Shown here piece by piece: positions 10,249-21,441 of a stretch of 64,000 nucleotides of DNA. The DNA is from Clostridium sp. GTDB lineage: Bacteria > Bacillota > Clostridia > Clostridiales > Clostridiaceae. Where the stretch lies: assembly GCA_051650705.1 (NCBI GenBank), contig JBOFQV010000276.1:10311-74310 (forward strand). Direction: 5' to 3'. Below the pieces are notes generated by a model. The model was not told the DNA's origin. It did no database searches and worked only from the letters and a program-made list of their open reading frames with translations. Made by a program: the position numbers and the translations under genes. Positions within the stretch are counted from its first letter, which is position 1, and each line of letters begins with the position of its first letter.

Positions 10249-10875
10249 ATGATGAAGAAAATTGTTAAGGTTATTTTATTATTATGTATGGTATCAAATT
10301 TATTTATAGGGTGTACAAGCATTGAGGAAAAGGGAAATGATTTAGTTACATATAAATATGAGGAAGTTAAGGATATTCTAATAAGGTTTCATGTAATTGC
10401 AAATAGTGATAGTAAGGAAGATCAAGAATTAAAACTAAAGGTTAGGGATGAAATAATTAATTATTTAACTCCGTTATTAAAGGATTCAAAATCTATAGAT
10501 AATTCTAGAGAAATAATAAAAAAGGAAGATGAGAAGCTTAAAAAAATTGCAGAGAAAGTTATTAAGAAAAATGGGTATAATTATAGTGTTAAGAGTACGT
10601 TAGGAAAAGAGAATTTTCCTAATAAAACCTATGGAAATATTGAATTGCCTCAAGGGGAGTATGAAGCATATAGAATAATTATTGGAGAAGGAAAAGGCCA
10701 AAATTGGTGGTGTGTAATGTTCCCGCCGTTGTGTTTTGTTGATGTTACAAAGGGGAAAGTTGCTTATGAAGAGACAGAGAAGGAAATGAACAGTTATGTT
10801 GAGGAAGCTAATAATGGAGAAGAAATAGTTTATAAGTCAAAGATTTGGGAAGTTATAAAAGAAATTTTCTCTTAA
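10249..10875 (+). CDS. spoIIR: Stage II sporulation protein R
   Basis: IRFHVIANSDS and NWWCVMFPPLC motifs; signal peptide. Confidence 0.95.
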   Translation: MMKKIVKVILLLCMVSNLFIGCTSIEEKGNDLVTYKYEEVKDILIRFHVIANSDSKEDQELKLKVRDEIINYLTPLLKDSKSIDNSREIIKKEDEKLKKIAEKVIKKNGYNYSVKSTLGKENFPNKTYGNIELPQGEYEAYRIIIGEGKGQNWWCVMFPPLCFVDVTKGKVAYEETEKEMNSYVEEANNGEEIVYKSKIWEVIKEIFS

Positions 10876-10962
10876 ATTTGCATTTATCCTTGAATTAAGG
10901 AAGAAAGAAATTTAAACTATACTTTGTAGTTAAATTTACAGAAGGATTAGGAGGACGAAATT

Positions 10963-11952
10963 ATGACTAGAGCTTTAGCAATGATTTCAGGTGGATTAGA
11001 TAGTATACTTGCAGCTAAGTTAATAAAGGATCAAGGAATTGAAGTGATAGGAATATGTTTTAAATCATATTTCTTTAATGAAGATAATGCTAAAAGAATG
11101 GTTAAGCAAATAGACATACCATTAGAGGTTGTGGATTTTTCAGAAGAGCATTTTACAATGGTTAAAAATCCAAAGCATGGATGGGGAAAAAATATTAATC
11201 CATGTATAGATTGTCATGCAATGATGATGAGACATTCAGGAGAATTATTAAAGAAGTTTGATGCTGATTTTATAATTACTGGAGAAGTTTTAAATCAAAG
11301 ACCTATGTCTCAGAACAGACAAGCTTTAAACATAGTTAAAAGAGAATCTGGATTTTCAGATAAAATATTAAGACCATTATGTGCTTTAAATTTAGAGGCA
11401 ACTGAAATGGAAAAGCAAGGATTAGTTGATAGAGAAAAATTATTGGATATATCAGGAAGAAGTAGAAAAAGACAAATGGAATTAGCTGATGTGTGGGGAA
11501 TAAAGGAATATCCATCTCCAGCAGGAGGGTGTAAATTAACTGAGCCTAATTATGCAATAAGATTAAAAGAAGTTATTGATAGACAGGGTGATGCAACGCC
11601 AAAAGATATATCTTTATTAAGATATGGAAGACATTTTATTACTCCAAATGGTGTTAAAATTGTTGTTGCAAGAACTGGAGATGAGGCAACTGCTATTAAA
11701 GAAATGATTAATGGAGAGGAAACTGTATTTTATCCATCAAGCCATATGGGTGCAATGGCAATTATTTCAGGAGAATGCAAAAAAGAAGATGAGGAAATTG
11801 CATGTAGAATAGCGGCGAGATACAGTAAGGCAACAGCAGGAGAAGAAGTTGAAGTTAAATATGGTAAGTTTAAAACTCCATTTAATAATAGTTTGAAAGT
11901 TGTTGCATTAGAAGAAGAAAAACTAAATGAATTTTTAGTTAAATCATCATAG
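10963..11952 (+). CDS. PP-loop tRNA sulfurtransferase-like protein (ThiI/MnmA-related, no THUMP domain)
   Basis: SGGLDS PP-loop, PCIDCH, GEVLNQRPMSQ, PAGGC, GRHF. Confidence 0.75.
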   Translation: MTRALAMISGGLDSILAAKLIKDQGIEVIGICFKSYFFNEDNAKRMVKQIDIPLEVVDFSEEHFTMVKNPKHGWGKNINPCIDCHAMMMRHSGELLKKFDADFIITGEVLNQRPMSQNRQALNIVKRESGFSDKILRPLCALNLEATEMEKQGLVDREKLLDISGRSRKRQMELADVWGIKEYPSPAGGCKLTEPNYAIRLKEVIDRQGDATPKDISLLRYGRHFITPNGVKIVVARTGDEATAIKEMINGEETVFYPSSHMGAMAIISGECKKEDEEIACRIAARYSKATAGEEVEVKYGKFKTPFNNSLKVVALEEEKLNEFLVKSS

Positions 11953-11964
11953 GAGGAATAATAA

Positions 11965-12381
11965 ATGGAGAGAAAAGCAGTTATTAAGGTTCAAAGTAAT
12001 GCTTCAGTTGAAGGTGATGAATTAATTGAGATTGTTAGTCCTGGAACCTTTAGAAAAGAAGAAGATAAGTTTATTTTAGAATATGATGAAACAGAAATAT
12101 CTGGTATGGAAGGAACTCATACAATTATTACGATAAATGAGGATACTGTTCTTTTAGAGAGAGTGGGAAATGTAATAACTAAGATGAAGTTTGATGTAAA
12201 AGAGGATGACATATCGTTATATAATACTCCTTATGGAATATTAGAGTTGGATATAGATACAAAAGAACTTGATATTAACGTTAATGATAATGGTGGGGAA
12301 GTTTTTATAAAGTATGAAATGTGTGTTGGAGATCAACAACCTTTAAACACATCATTAAAAATTGATATTAGTGTTAAATAG
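11965..12381 (+). CDS. DUF1934 family beta-barrel protein
   Basis: Y.TPYG motif; acidic, beta-rich; position upstream of pyrG. Confidence 0.8.
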   Translation: MERKAVIKVQSNASVEGDELIEIVSPGTFRKEEDKFILEYDETEISGMEGTHTIITINEDTVLLERVGNVITKMKFDVKEDDISLYNTPYGILELDIDTKELDINVNDNGGEVFIKYEMCVGDQQPLNTSLKIDISVK

Positions 12382-12384
12382 CTT

Positions 12385-12424
12385 AAATAACCTAAGTTTG
12401 AAAAAACTTGGGTTATTTCTTTTT
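12385..12424 (+). terminator. Terminator after DUF1934 gene
   Basis: AAATAACCTAAGTTT/AAACTTGGGTTATTT plus T-rich tail. Confidence 0.75.
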
Positions 12425-12458
12425 ATTTGTGGCAAAGATATAAATAAGGAGTGGTTTT

Positions 12459-12746
12459 ATGAATGAAAGATATAAGTTTATAGTTAGTTTAATTTTAAAG
12501 CAATTAAGTATCAATGAAATTTCTATATTAAATGAGAATACTAATAAGGAAAAATTATATATGATTTTATTATTACTAGATAAGTATGGAATTTTATTAG
12601 ATGAAGACTTTAAAAGTACAGAATTATTAGGGGATGTTAAAAATATGAGAATAAAGCTTAGGAAAGCTGAAGAGAAATTGTTAATTAATAGAGAATTTAG
12701 AAAGAAATACTTTGAAATTCAAGGTTTAATTGAGAATATTATATAA
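12459..12746 (+). CDS. Hypothetical protein (95 aa)
   Basis: AAGGAG RBS, intact ORF. Confidence 0.7.
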   Translation: MNERYKFIVSLILKQLSINEISILNENTNKEKLYMILLLLDKYGILLDEDFKSTELLGDVKNMRIKLRKAEEKLLINREFRKKYFEIQGLIENII

Positions 12747-12869
12747 ATAAAATTAAAAAAGTATAAAAAGCACAAAAAAACACTAGTATTAAAAAAAGAA
12801 CTGTGTTAGTATAAACTCTATATTGTTTAAGCGCAAATAACCCACAATTATTTTTGTGGGGTAATTTCT

Positions 12870-12898
12870 ATTATAAGTATAATGTTAGAGTTTGTCAA
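12870..12898 (-). promoter_or_regulatory. Consensus sigmaA promoter oriented antisense within the pyrG upstream region
   Basis: Minus strand TTGACA(12898-12893)-17-TATAAT(12875-12870). Confidence 0.7.
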
Positions 12899-12904
12899 CA
12901 ATAA

Positions 12905-14548
<1,644 letters not shown>

Positions 14549-14558
14549 TTTTTTATTT

Positions 14559-14585
14559 AGGAAGCGCCTAGAGCGCTTCTTATTT
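14559..14585 (+). terminator. Terminator after pyrG
   Basis: GAAGCGC/GCGCTTC stem plus T-rich tail. Confidence 0.7.
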
Positions 14586-14752
14586 ATAAATAAAGTAAAA
14601 ATACCCCTTGAATTTACAGTGTTATTGGAGGATAATATTCTAAGGAGATTATTTACATATCTTTATTAACAACTTGTAGCTATTCTAAATGCAGTTTCGC
14701 AGAATTTCACAATAGATAATAAAAAAGATGATTAAAAATCGGAGGTGTAAGC

Positions 14753-16183
14753 TTGACTAAAGAAGCTTTAGAAAATATGACATTAGTAGCCTTAAAGGAA
14801 GAGGCGAAAAAAGCTGGTGTTAAAAATATATCAAAATTTAAAAAGAGTGAATTGGTAGATGAGATATTAAAATTAACTCAAAATTCAATTGAAAAAAATG
14901 GAGTTGTTTTAAGAGAAAAGATTTCTCCTAAAAAAGAAGAACAACCAATTGTTGAGAATAGACAAAGAAATGAAGAAGTTAGAAGAGTTGTTAGTGAAAA
15001 TAGAGAAAATAGAGAAAATGGAGAAGTGAAGGCTGAGAGATTAAAGTCAATGATTAATGAGTCTGAAAGTGCTCTTGGTGTACTAGAAATTCAAGAAACA
15101 AATAATTTTGGATTTTTAAGATGTAAGAATTACCTAACTAGCCCAGATGATGTTTATGTATCACCATCACAAATAAGAAGATTCAACTTAAAAACTGGAG
15201 ATCAGATTCAAGGGAAAGTAAGAGAATCTAAAGAAGGTGAAAAGTTTAAAGCTTTATTATTTGTTGAGAAGGTAAATGGAGAAAATCCAGAAAAGGCTGT
15301 TGGAAGAAAAGGTTTTGAAACATTAACTCCAATATATCCAAAAGATAGAATTAAACTTGAGATAAAATCAGAAGGGGATTTAACTACTAGATTAATGGAT
15401 GTTATATGTCCTATTGGAAAAGGGCAAAGAGGAATGATAGTAGCTCCACCAAAGGCAGGGAAAACAACTTTATTAAAAAAGGTTGCACAAAATATATCTA
15501 AAAATTATCCTGATGTTAAGTTAATAGTTTTACTTATAGATGAAAGACCGGAAGAAGTTACAGATATGCAAAGATCAATTAATGGTGAAGTGATTTACTC
15601 AACATTTGATGAGGAACCACAAAACCATGCAAAGGTTTGTCAAATGGTTTTAGAAAGAGCAAAAAGAATGGTAGAGCAACGTCAAGATGTTGTTATTTTA
15701 ATGGATAGTTTAACAAGACTTTCAAGAGCTTACAATTTAACTGTTACACCATCAGGAAGAACATTATCAGGTGGACTTGACCCAGCGGCTTTAATAATGC
15801 CAAAGAAATTCTTTGGAGCTGCTAGAAATATTGAAGAAGGTGGAAGTTTAACTATTTTAGCAACTGCATTAGTTGATACAGGGTCTAGAATGGATGACAT
15901 GATATTTGAAGAATTTAAAGGTACAGGGAATATGGAAGTTCATTTAGATAGAAAGCTTCAAGAAAGAAGAATATTCCCAGCTATTGATATTTATAAATCA
16001 GGTACAAGAAAAGAAGATTTAATATTAAATGATGAAGAAAAAGAAGTGGCATATACTTTAAGAAAAGCAATGTACAAAGATGGTTCTGGTGATACGGTTA
16101 CTGAGAAAGTAATTAATATGATGAATAAGACTAAAGATAATGATGAATTCTTAAAATTATTTCAAAAGGCAGAACTAAATTAA
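14753..16183 (+). CDS. rho: Transcription termination factor Rho
   Basis: [26 protein letters not shown]; TTG start with GGAGGT RBS. Confidence 0.97.
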   Translation: MTKEALENMTLVALKEEAKKAGVKNISKFKKSELVDEILKLTQNSIEKNGVVLREKISPKKEEQPIVENRQRNEEVRRVVSENRENRENGEVKAERLKSMINESESALGVLEIQETNNFGFLRCKNYLTSPDDVYVSPSQIRRFNLKTGDQIQGKVRESKEGEKFKALLFVEKVNGENPEKAVGRKGFETLTPIYPKDRIKLEIKSEGDLTTRLMDVICPIGKGQRGMIVAPPKAGKTTLLKKVAQNISKNYPDVKLIVLLIDERPEEVTDMQRSINGEVIYSTFDEEPQNHAKVCQMVLERAKRMVEQRQDVVILMDSLTRLSRAYNLTVTPSGRTLSGGLDPAALIMPKKFFGAARNIEEGGSLTILATALVDTGSRMDDMIFEEFKGTGNMEVHLDRKLQERRIFPAIDIYKSGTRKEDLILNDEEKEVAYTLRKAMYKDGSGDTVTEKVINMMNKTKDNDEFLKLFQKAELN

Positions 16184-16188
16184 TAAGA

Positions 16189-16226
16189 AAGAGCTTATAA
16201 AATATTATGAATTTATAAGCTCTTTT
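16189..16226. terminator. Hairpin between convergent rho and glycosyltransferase genes
   Basis: AAGAGCTTATAAA/TTTATAAGCTCTT. Confidence 0.7.
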
Positions 16227-17302
16227 GTAATTTCTACAATTTTATTTATATTATAAGTTGAAGATAAGTCAACTAAGTTTTTTCTCATTTTTGTTAATTC
16301 ATTTGGATTTGAAATTAAGTTGTTTATTATATTATTTAGATTTTTTAGTTTAGGTACATTTATTGCATATCCATTATTACAAAGAAATTCAGTGTTTTCT
16401 TTTTCTTGTCCAGGAATTGCAAATGGTATAATTATTGGTAGGTTTTTTGCAATCGATTCTGAAACAGTTAATCCACCAGGTTTGGAAATTATTACATCTG
16501 ACTTGTCCATAAGTTCGGGAATGTTTTTGGTAAAGCCTAGTATTTCAACTTTTATATTTGCATAAGCATCATAATTTTTTTCTGAAAGTGAACTCTTAAG
16601 ATGAAGATTATTGCCACAAATAACGGTTATATTTAAGTTGTTTTTATTTACAAGTAATTGGTCTAAAACCTTTGAAATTTTATTAAGTCCCATACTTCCA
16701 CCCATTAACAATATATTAAAATAATTATTATTTAACTGTGAAGTTGAAGGGGTTTTCTTGAAAAAGATTTCCTTAATTGGGATTCCTGCAGGATAAATAA
16801 CATTACTACTTATTCCTTTTTCAATAAGTGAGTTTTTAGTATACTCGCTTCCTGTTATATAGGCATTAATTAATGGACTGATATAGGTATAGTGAGCCTT
16901 AAAATCAGTTACAATTGAAATGCAGGGAGTTTTTAGTCCGTTACATTTAAATCTATGAAGCATATTAACACCTAAAGGGTGGGTAGAGATTATTATATCC
17001 GGTTTTTCTTTATTGATAAAATCCCATAATCTTTTTTCAGCATTTTTAAATGGAATTTTTAATAATGAATTTATTAAAGGAAGATTAGTTAGTTTATAAA
17101 AACACCCATAGAAATGAGGGAATATAGAAGCTCCTAATTCGTATCCTTTTACAACGGTTTTGTTTAATACAACACTATTTATTGCTAAAAAATCACTTTT
17201 TATTGCTTTAAACCCTTCATGCTCAAAAACCTCACATAAAGTTGAGGCTGCTTGATTATGCCCTTGACCTGTTGAAGTGGTTAGGATTATAACTTTTTTC
17301 AT
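16205..17302 (-). CDS. MGDG synthase / UgtP-like diacylglycerol glycosyltransferase (GT28)
   Basis: GQGHNQAA, VTDF, KPGGLT, IPGQE motifs. Confidence 0.88.
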   Translation of the reverse strand: MKKVIILTTSTGQGHNQAASTLCEVFEHEGFKAIKSDFLAINSVVLNKTVVKGYELGASIFPHFYGCFYKLTNLPLINSLLKIPFKNAEKRLWDFINKEKPDIIISTHPLGVNMLHRFKCNGLKTPCISIVTDFKAHYTYISPLINAYITGSEYTKNSLIEKGISSNVIYPAGIPIKEIFFKKTPSTSQLNNNYFNILLMGGSMGLNKISKVLDQLLVNKNNLNITVICGNNLHLKSSLSEKNYDAYANIKVEILGFTKNIPELMDKSDVIISKPGGLTVSESIAKNLPIIIPFAIPGQEKENTEFLCNNGYAINVPKLKNLNNIINNLISNPNELTKMRKNLVDLSSTYNINKIVEITKELINS

Positions 17303-17467
17303 AAAATCCTCTCTCTTTATATGTATTTTAAATTACATAAATTATTATAAAATAAGGTTATAATTAACTTATATTACACAATATAGTTTAACACTATTTG
17401 TATATAAATAAAACTAAAGAAATTATTAATTTACTTTAGTATATGTATTAATATTAAAAAATATCTT

Positions 17468-17502
17468 AAAAAAAAGAAAATGGGAAAGACTAAGTCTTTC
17501 CC
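17468..17502 (-). terminator. Terminator of rpmE
   Basis: GGGAAAGAC/GTCTTTCCC with A-run on + strand. Confidence 0.8.
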
Positions 17503-17509
17503 TAAATTC

Positions 17510-17716
17510 TTACTTGTTAAGATTGAATCTCTTGTTGAACTTTTCGATTCTACCGCCAACGTCATTGATTTTTTGTTTACCAGTGAAGAATGGGTGGCAC
17601 TTTGAACATATTTCTACTTTAAGCTCACTTTTAACTGAACCAGTTGTAAAAGTGTTTCCACATGCGCACTTAACCATAGCGTCGTTATGGTATTCTGGGT
17701 GTATGCCTTGTCTCAT
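17510..17716 (-). CDS. rpmE: 50S ribosomal protein L31 (zinc-binding type)
   Basis: [22 protein letters not shown]; promoter TTGACG-17-TATACT at 17804-17776. Confidence 0.97.
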   Translation of the reverse strand: MRQGIHPEYHNDAMVKCACGNTFTTGSVKSELKVEICSKCHPFFTGKQKINDVGGRIEKFNKRFNLNK

Positions 17717-17890
17717 TATTTTCACCTCTTTTTATTTTAAAATTTGTTGTAAATTTAAACATAAACAACTACTAGAGTATATCATAATGGATAAAACACG
17801 TCAATAATAATAAGTGGCAAAAAAGTCTTTTTATAGGGGGGCTAAAATGCTATAATCAATAGGATGACATCATAAAAAGGAGAATTACAA

Positions 17891-18478
17891 ATGAGTAAGT
17901 TATATTTTAGATATGGGGCAATGAACTCAGGAAAATCAACGAATTTAATGCAGGTAGCACATAATTATGAAGAAAGAGGAATGAGAGTAGTTTTATTGAA
18001 GCCTGGAACTGATAAAAAAGGTGGAGATATGCTAGTATCTAGATTAGGAGTAACTAGAAAAGTTGATATCGTTGTTAATAATAATGACAATGTATTTCAA
18101 TTAATAGATGAACGTTTAAAGAGGGAGAAAATACATTGCATTTTAGTTGACGAAGTGCAATTTTTAAAGAAAAACCAAATAGATAATCTTTTTGAAATAG
18201 CAGTTAAGCTAGACATACCAGTAATTTGCTATGGTCTTAGAACAGATTTTAAAATGGAAGGCTTCGAAGGTAGTGAAAGACTTCTTTTAATAGCACATTC
18301 ACTAGAAGAGATGAAAACTATTTGTAAGTGTGGAAATAAGGCTGTTGTAAATGGAAGAAAAGTTAATGGTAAATTTGTATTTAGTGGAGAGCAAGTAGCT
18401 ATAGACAATATGGATGAGGTTACTTATGAGTCTCTTTGTGGTAAGTGTTATTACAAGTATTTAGAAAGTAATAAATAG
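17891..18478 (+). CDS. tdk: Thymidine kinase
   Basis: GAMNSGKS, VDEVQF, YGLRTDF, Zn cysteines. Confidence 0.96.
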   Translation: MSKLYFRYGAMNSGKSTNLMQVAHNYEERGMRVVLLKPGTDKKGGDMLVSRLGVTRKVDIVVNNNDNVFQLIDERLKREKIHCILVDEVQFLKKNQIDNLFEIAVKLDIPVICYGLRTDFKMEGFEGSERLLLIAHSLEEMKTICKCGNKAVVNGRKVNGKFVFSGEQVAIDNMDEVTYESLCGKCYYKYLESNK

Positions 18479-18493
18479 AAAAGAGTGTGAAAT

Positions 18494-20242
18494 ATGAAAA
18501 AATGTGATGTTGGAGGGCAAGCTGTCATTGAAGGTGTAATGATGAGAGGCACCAAGGGATTAGCTACTGCAGTAAGAACACCAGAAGGCAACATTGAAAT
18601 AAATATGGAGAATGTAGCTCCAATCACTAAAAGAAAGAAAATTTTAAATATACCTTTTTTAAGAGGAATATTTGTGCTAGTTGATTCTTTAATAATTGGA
18701 ATGAAAGCATTAAATTATTCCGCAGAATTTTTTGAGGATACAGAGCCTTCAAGGTTTGAGGATTGGCTTAGAGGGAAGTTTGGAGAGAAAACTAATGATA
18801 TTATAATGGGGATTACCTTAGCTTTTTCTATGCTTTTAGCAGTAGGATTATTTCTTGGTATTCCAACAGCAATTGCATCTATTTTTAAAGGGTTTGGAAT
18901 TTCAAGTATTGCTTTAAATATGATTGAAGCAGCTATAAGAGTTATAATTTTGGTTGGGTATATTTATGGAATTAGTATGCTTGATGATATTTTTAGAGTG
19001 TTTCAGTATCATGGAGCTGAGCATAAAACTATTTTTTGCTACGAGAATGAAGAGCCATTAACTGTGGATAATGTTAAAAAATATTCAAGGTTTCATCCAA
19101 GATGTGGAACAAATTTCTTATTTTTAATAATGTTTGTTAGTATTTTAGTGTTTTCATTTACAGGTTGGGGAGGATTTCTTCAAAGGCTTGCAATGAGAAT
19201 ATTGTTATTACCTGTAGTAACAGGGATAACATACGAATTAATAAAATGGCTTGGTAAAAGTGATAGTAAGCTTGCGAAAATAGTTGCTTATCCTGGAATG
19301 AAGCTTCAAGAATTAACAACAAGAGAACCAGATGATGATCAAATAGAGGTGGCAATAGAAGCATTGATGGCGGCAGAAGGATTAGAAAAAACAATTGGAG
19401 AACTTTTAGTTTGGGGAACAGATAAATTAGCTAAGGTAGAAATTGATACAGCAAGATTGGATGCAACTCTTTTACTTTGTAAGGTTTTAAATAAAGATAA
19501 ATTATATTTAATGATTAATAAAGATGAAAAGGTCAATAATATAATTAGAAAAGAGTTTGAGAAGTTAATCTTAGAAAGAGAAAAGAAAAAACCAATTATG
19601 TATATCTTAGGAGAAGTTGAGTTTTATGGATTAGACTTTAACATAAAAGAAGGGGTTTTAATTCCAAGAGGAGATACAGAAATTTTGGTTGAGGAAGTGC
19701 TTAAAAATATTTCTTTAGATGATGAAGTTGCAGTGTGTGATTTATGTACAGGAAGTGGTGCAATTGGTATTACATTAGCAAGTGAAAGAGAAAATATTAA
19801 TGTGGATTTAATTGATTATTATGAAACACCGGAGGAAGTTGCAAAGAAGAATATTGAAAAGCATAATCTTTCATCAAGAGTTAGTTTTATAAAGAGTGAT
19901 TTATTAAAAGAAGCAATAAATCAAGAAAAGAGATATGAAATTCTAGTTTCAAATCCACCATATATAAGGGATGAAGTTATTCCAACATTAATGGAGGATG
20001 TAAAGGACTATGAACCAGTTACAGCACTTTCAGGTGGGTCTGATGGATTAATATTCTACAGAAGAATTGTAGAAGAAAGTAAGAGTGTTTTAAAAGAAAA
20101 TGGATTATTAGCATTTGAGATTGGTCATGACCAAGGGATGGATGTAAGTAACCTAATGCAGGAAAATGGTTATGAAGAAGTAAAGGTAATAAAAGACTTA
20201 GCAGGATTAGATAGAGTAGTTATTGGAATTTTAAAGCCTTGA
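18494..20242 (+). CDS. prmC: Fusion of DUF1385 membrane domain and release-factor glutamine methyltransferase PrmC
   Basis: N-half GGQAVIEGVMM, YHGAEHK, HPRCGT; C-half LIPR, DLCTGSG, NPPY; continuous reading frame. Confidence 0.9.
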   Translation: MKKCDVGGQAVIEGVMMRGTKGLATAVRTPEGNIEINMENVAPITKRKKILNIPFLRGIFVLVDSLIIGMKALNYSAEFFEDTEPSRFEDWLRGKFGEKTNDIIMGITLAFSMLLAVGLFLGIPTAIASIFKGFGISSIALNMIEAAIRVIILVGYIYGISMLDDIFRVFQYHGAEHKTIFCYENEEPLTVDNVKKYSRFHPRCGTNFLFLIMFVSILVFSFTGWGGFLQRLAMRILLLPVVTGITYELIKWLGKSDSKLAKIVAYPGMKLQELTTREPDDDQIEVAIEALMAAEGLEKTIGELLVWGTDKLAKVEIDTARLDATLLLCKVLNKDKLYLMINKDEKVNNIIRKEFEKLILEREKKKPIMYILGEVEFYGLDFNIKEGVLIPRGDTEILVEEVLKNISLDDEVAVCDLCTGSGAIGITLASERENINVDLIDYYETPEEVAKKNIEKHNLSSRVSFIKSDLLKEAINQEKRYEILVSNPPYIRDEVIPTLMEDVKDYEPVTALSGGSDGLIFYRRIVEESKSVLKENGLLAFEIGHDQGMDVSNLMQENGYEEVKVIKDLAGLDRVVIGILKP

Positions 20243-20302
20243 TTTAAATAAATTTATTATGTTATAATGATTAAATGTAAAAAAAACGTACGGAGTGATA
20301 AG

Positions 20303-21385
20303 ATGTTATTAGATAAATTAGCTTTCATAGAAAATAAATATGATGAATTATCAGTTAAAATAAGTGATCCATCAATAATGGCAAACCAAAATGAATGGAG
20401 AAAGCTTTGTAAAGAGCATGCAGACTTAGAAATTATAGTTACTGCATACAAAGAGTATAAAAAAGTTGTTGAAGATTTAGCAGCAAACAAAGAAATGCTT
20501 CAAGAAGAGTCAGATAGAGAAATGAGAGAAATGCTTCAAGAAGAAATTTCAGAACTATCAAAAAGAGATGAAGAGTTAGAAAAAGAAATACAAATTCTAT
20601 TATTACCTAAAGACCCTAACGATGATAAAAACGTATTTGTTGAAATCAGAGGAGGAGCAGGTGGTGACGAAGCCGCACTATTTGCATCTGTTTTATTTAG
20701 ACTTTATACAAGATATGCAGAAAATCAAAGATGGTCTGTAGAATTAATGAGTGCAAATGAAACAGACATCGGTGGATTCAAAGAAGTTGTATTTATGATA
20801 AAGGGAAATGGAGCTTACTCAAAGCTTAAGTATGAGAGTGGAGTTCACAGAGTTCAAAGAGTTCCAGATACTGAATCAAGTGGGAGAATTCATACTTCAA
20901 CTGCTACAGTTGCGGTTTTACCAGAAGTTGATGATGTAGAAATTGAAATCCATGATAAGGATCTTAGAATAGATGTTTATAGATCATCAGGTAATGGAGG
21001 ACAATGTGTTAATACTACTGACTCAGCTGTTAGAATTACTCATATTCCAACAGGGGTTGTAGTTGCTTGTCAGGATGAAAAATCACAGCTTAAGAATAAG
21101 GAAAAGGCTATGAAGGTCTTAAGAGCAAGATTATTTGAAGCTGCTGAAGCTGAAAGAGCTGCAGGTATTGCTGAAGATAGAAAGAGCCAAGTTGGAACAG
21201 GGGATAGAAGTGAAAGAATTAGAACTTACAACTATCCACAAGGAAGAGTAACAGACCATAGAATTGGATTAACTCTTTATAAGTTAGATCAATTTACAAA
21301 TGGTGAGTTAGATGAAATGATTAATGCATTAATCACAGCAGATCAAGCAGAAAAAATGAAACAAATGGGAAATACAGAATTCTAA
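20303..21385 (+). CDS. prfA: Peptide chain release factor 1
   Basis: GGQ motif, VQRVPDTE (PxT), RTYNYPQ. Confidence 0.97.
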   Translation: MLLDKLAFIENKYDELSVKISDPSIMANQNEWRKLCKEHADLEIIVTAYKEYKKVVEDLAANKEMLQEESDREMREMLQEEISELSKRDEELEKEIQILLLPKDPNDDKNVFVEIRGGAGGDEAALFASVLFRLYTRYAENQRWSVELMSANETDIGGFKEVVFMIKGNGAYSKLKYESGVHRVQRVPDTESSGRIHTSTATVAVLPEVDDVEIEIHDKDLRIDVYRSSGNGGQCVNTTDSAVRITHIPTGVVVACQDEKSQLKNKEKAMKVLRARLFEAAEAERAAGIAEDRKSQVGTGDRSERIRTYNYPQGRVTDHRIGLTLYKLDQFTNGELDEMINALITADQAEKMKQMGNTEF

Positions 21386-21391
21386 TACACT

Positions 21392-21422
21392 AAAAGCCTT
21401 GCATATTACATGTAGGGCTTTT
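21392..21422 (+). terminator. Hairpin after prfA
   Basis: AAAAGCCTTGCA/TGTAGGGCTTTT. Confidence 0.65.
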
Positions 21423-21441
21423 CAAATAATTGGAGGGGAGT

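Noticed and set aside
12813-12893. B. subtilis-type pyrG reiterative-transcription attenuator or PyrR site
   Set aside because: No GGGC start, no GCUCCC terminator arm and no AGUCCNGNGAGGCU loop
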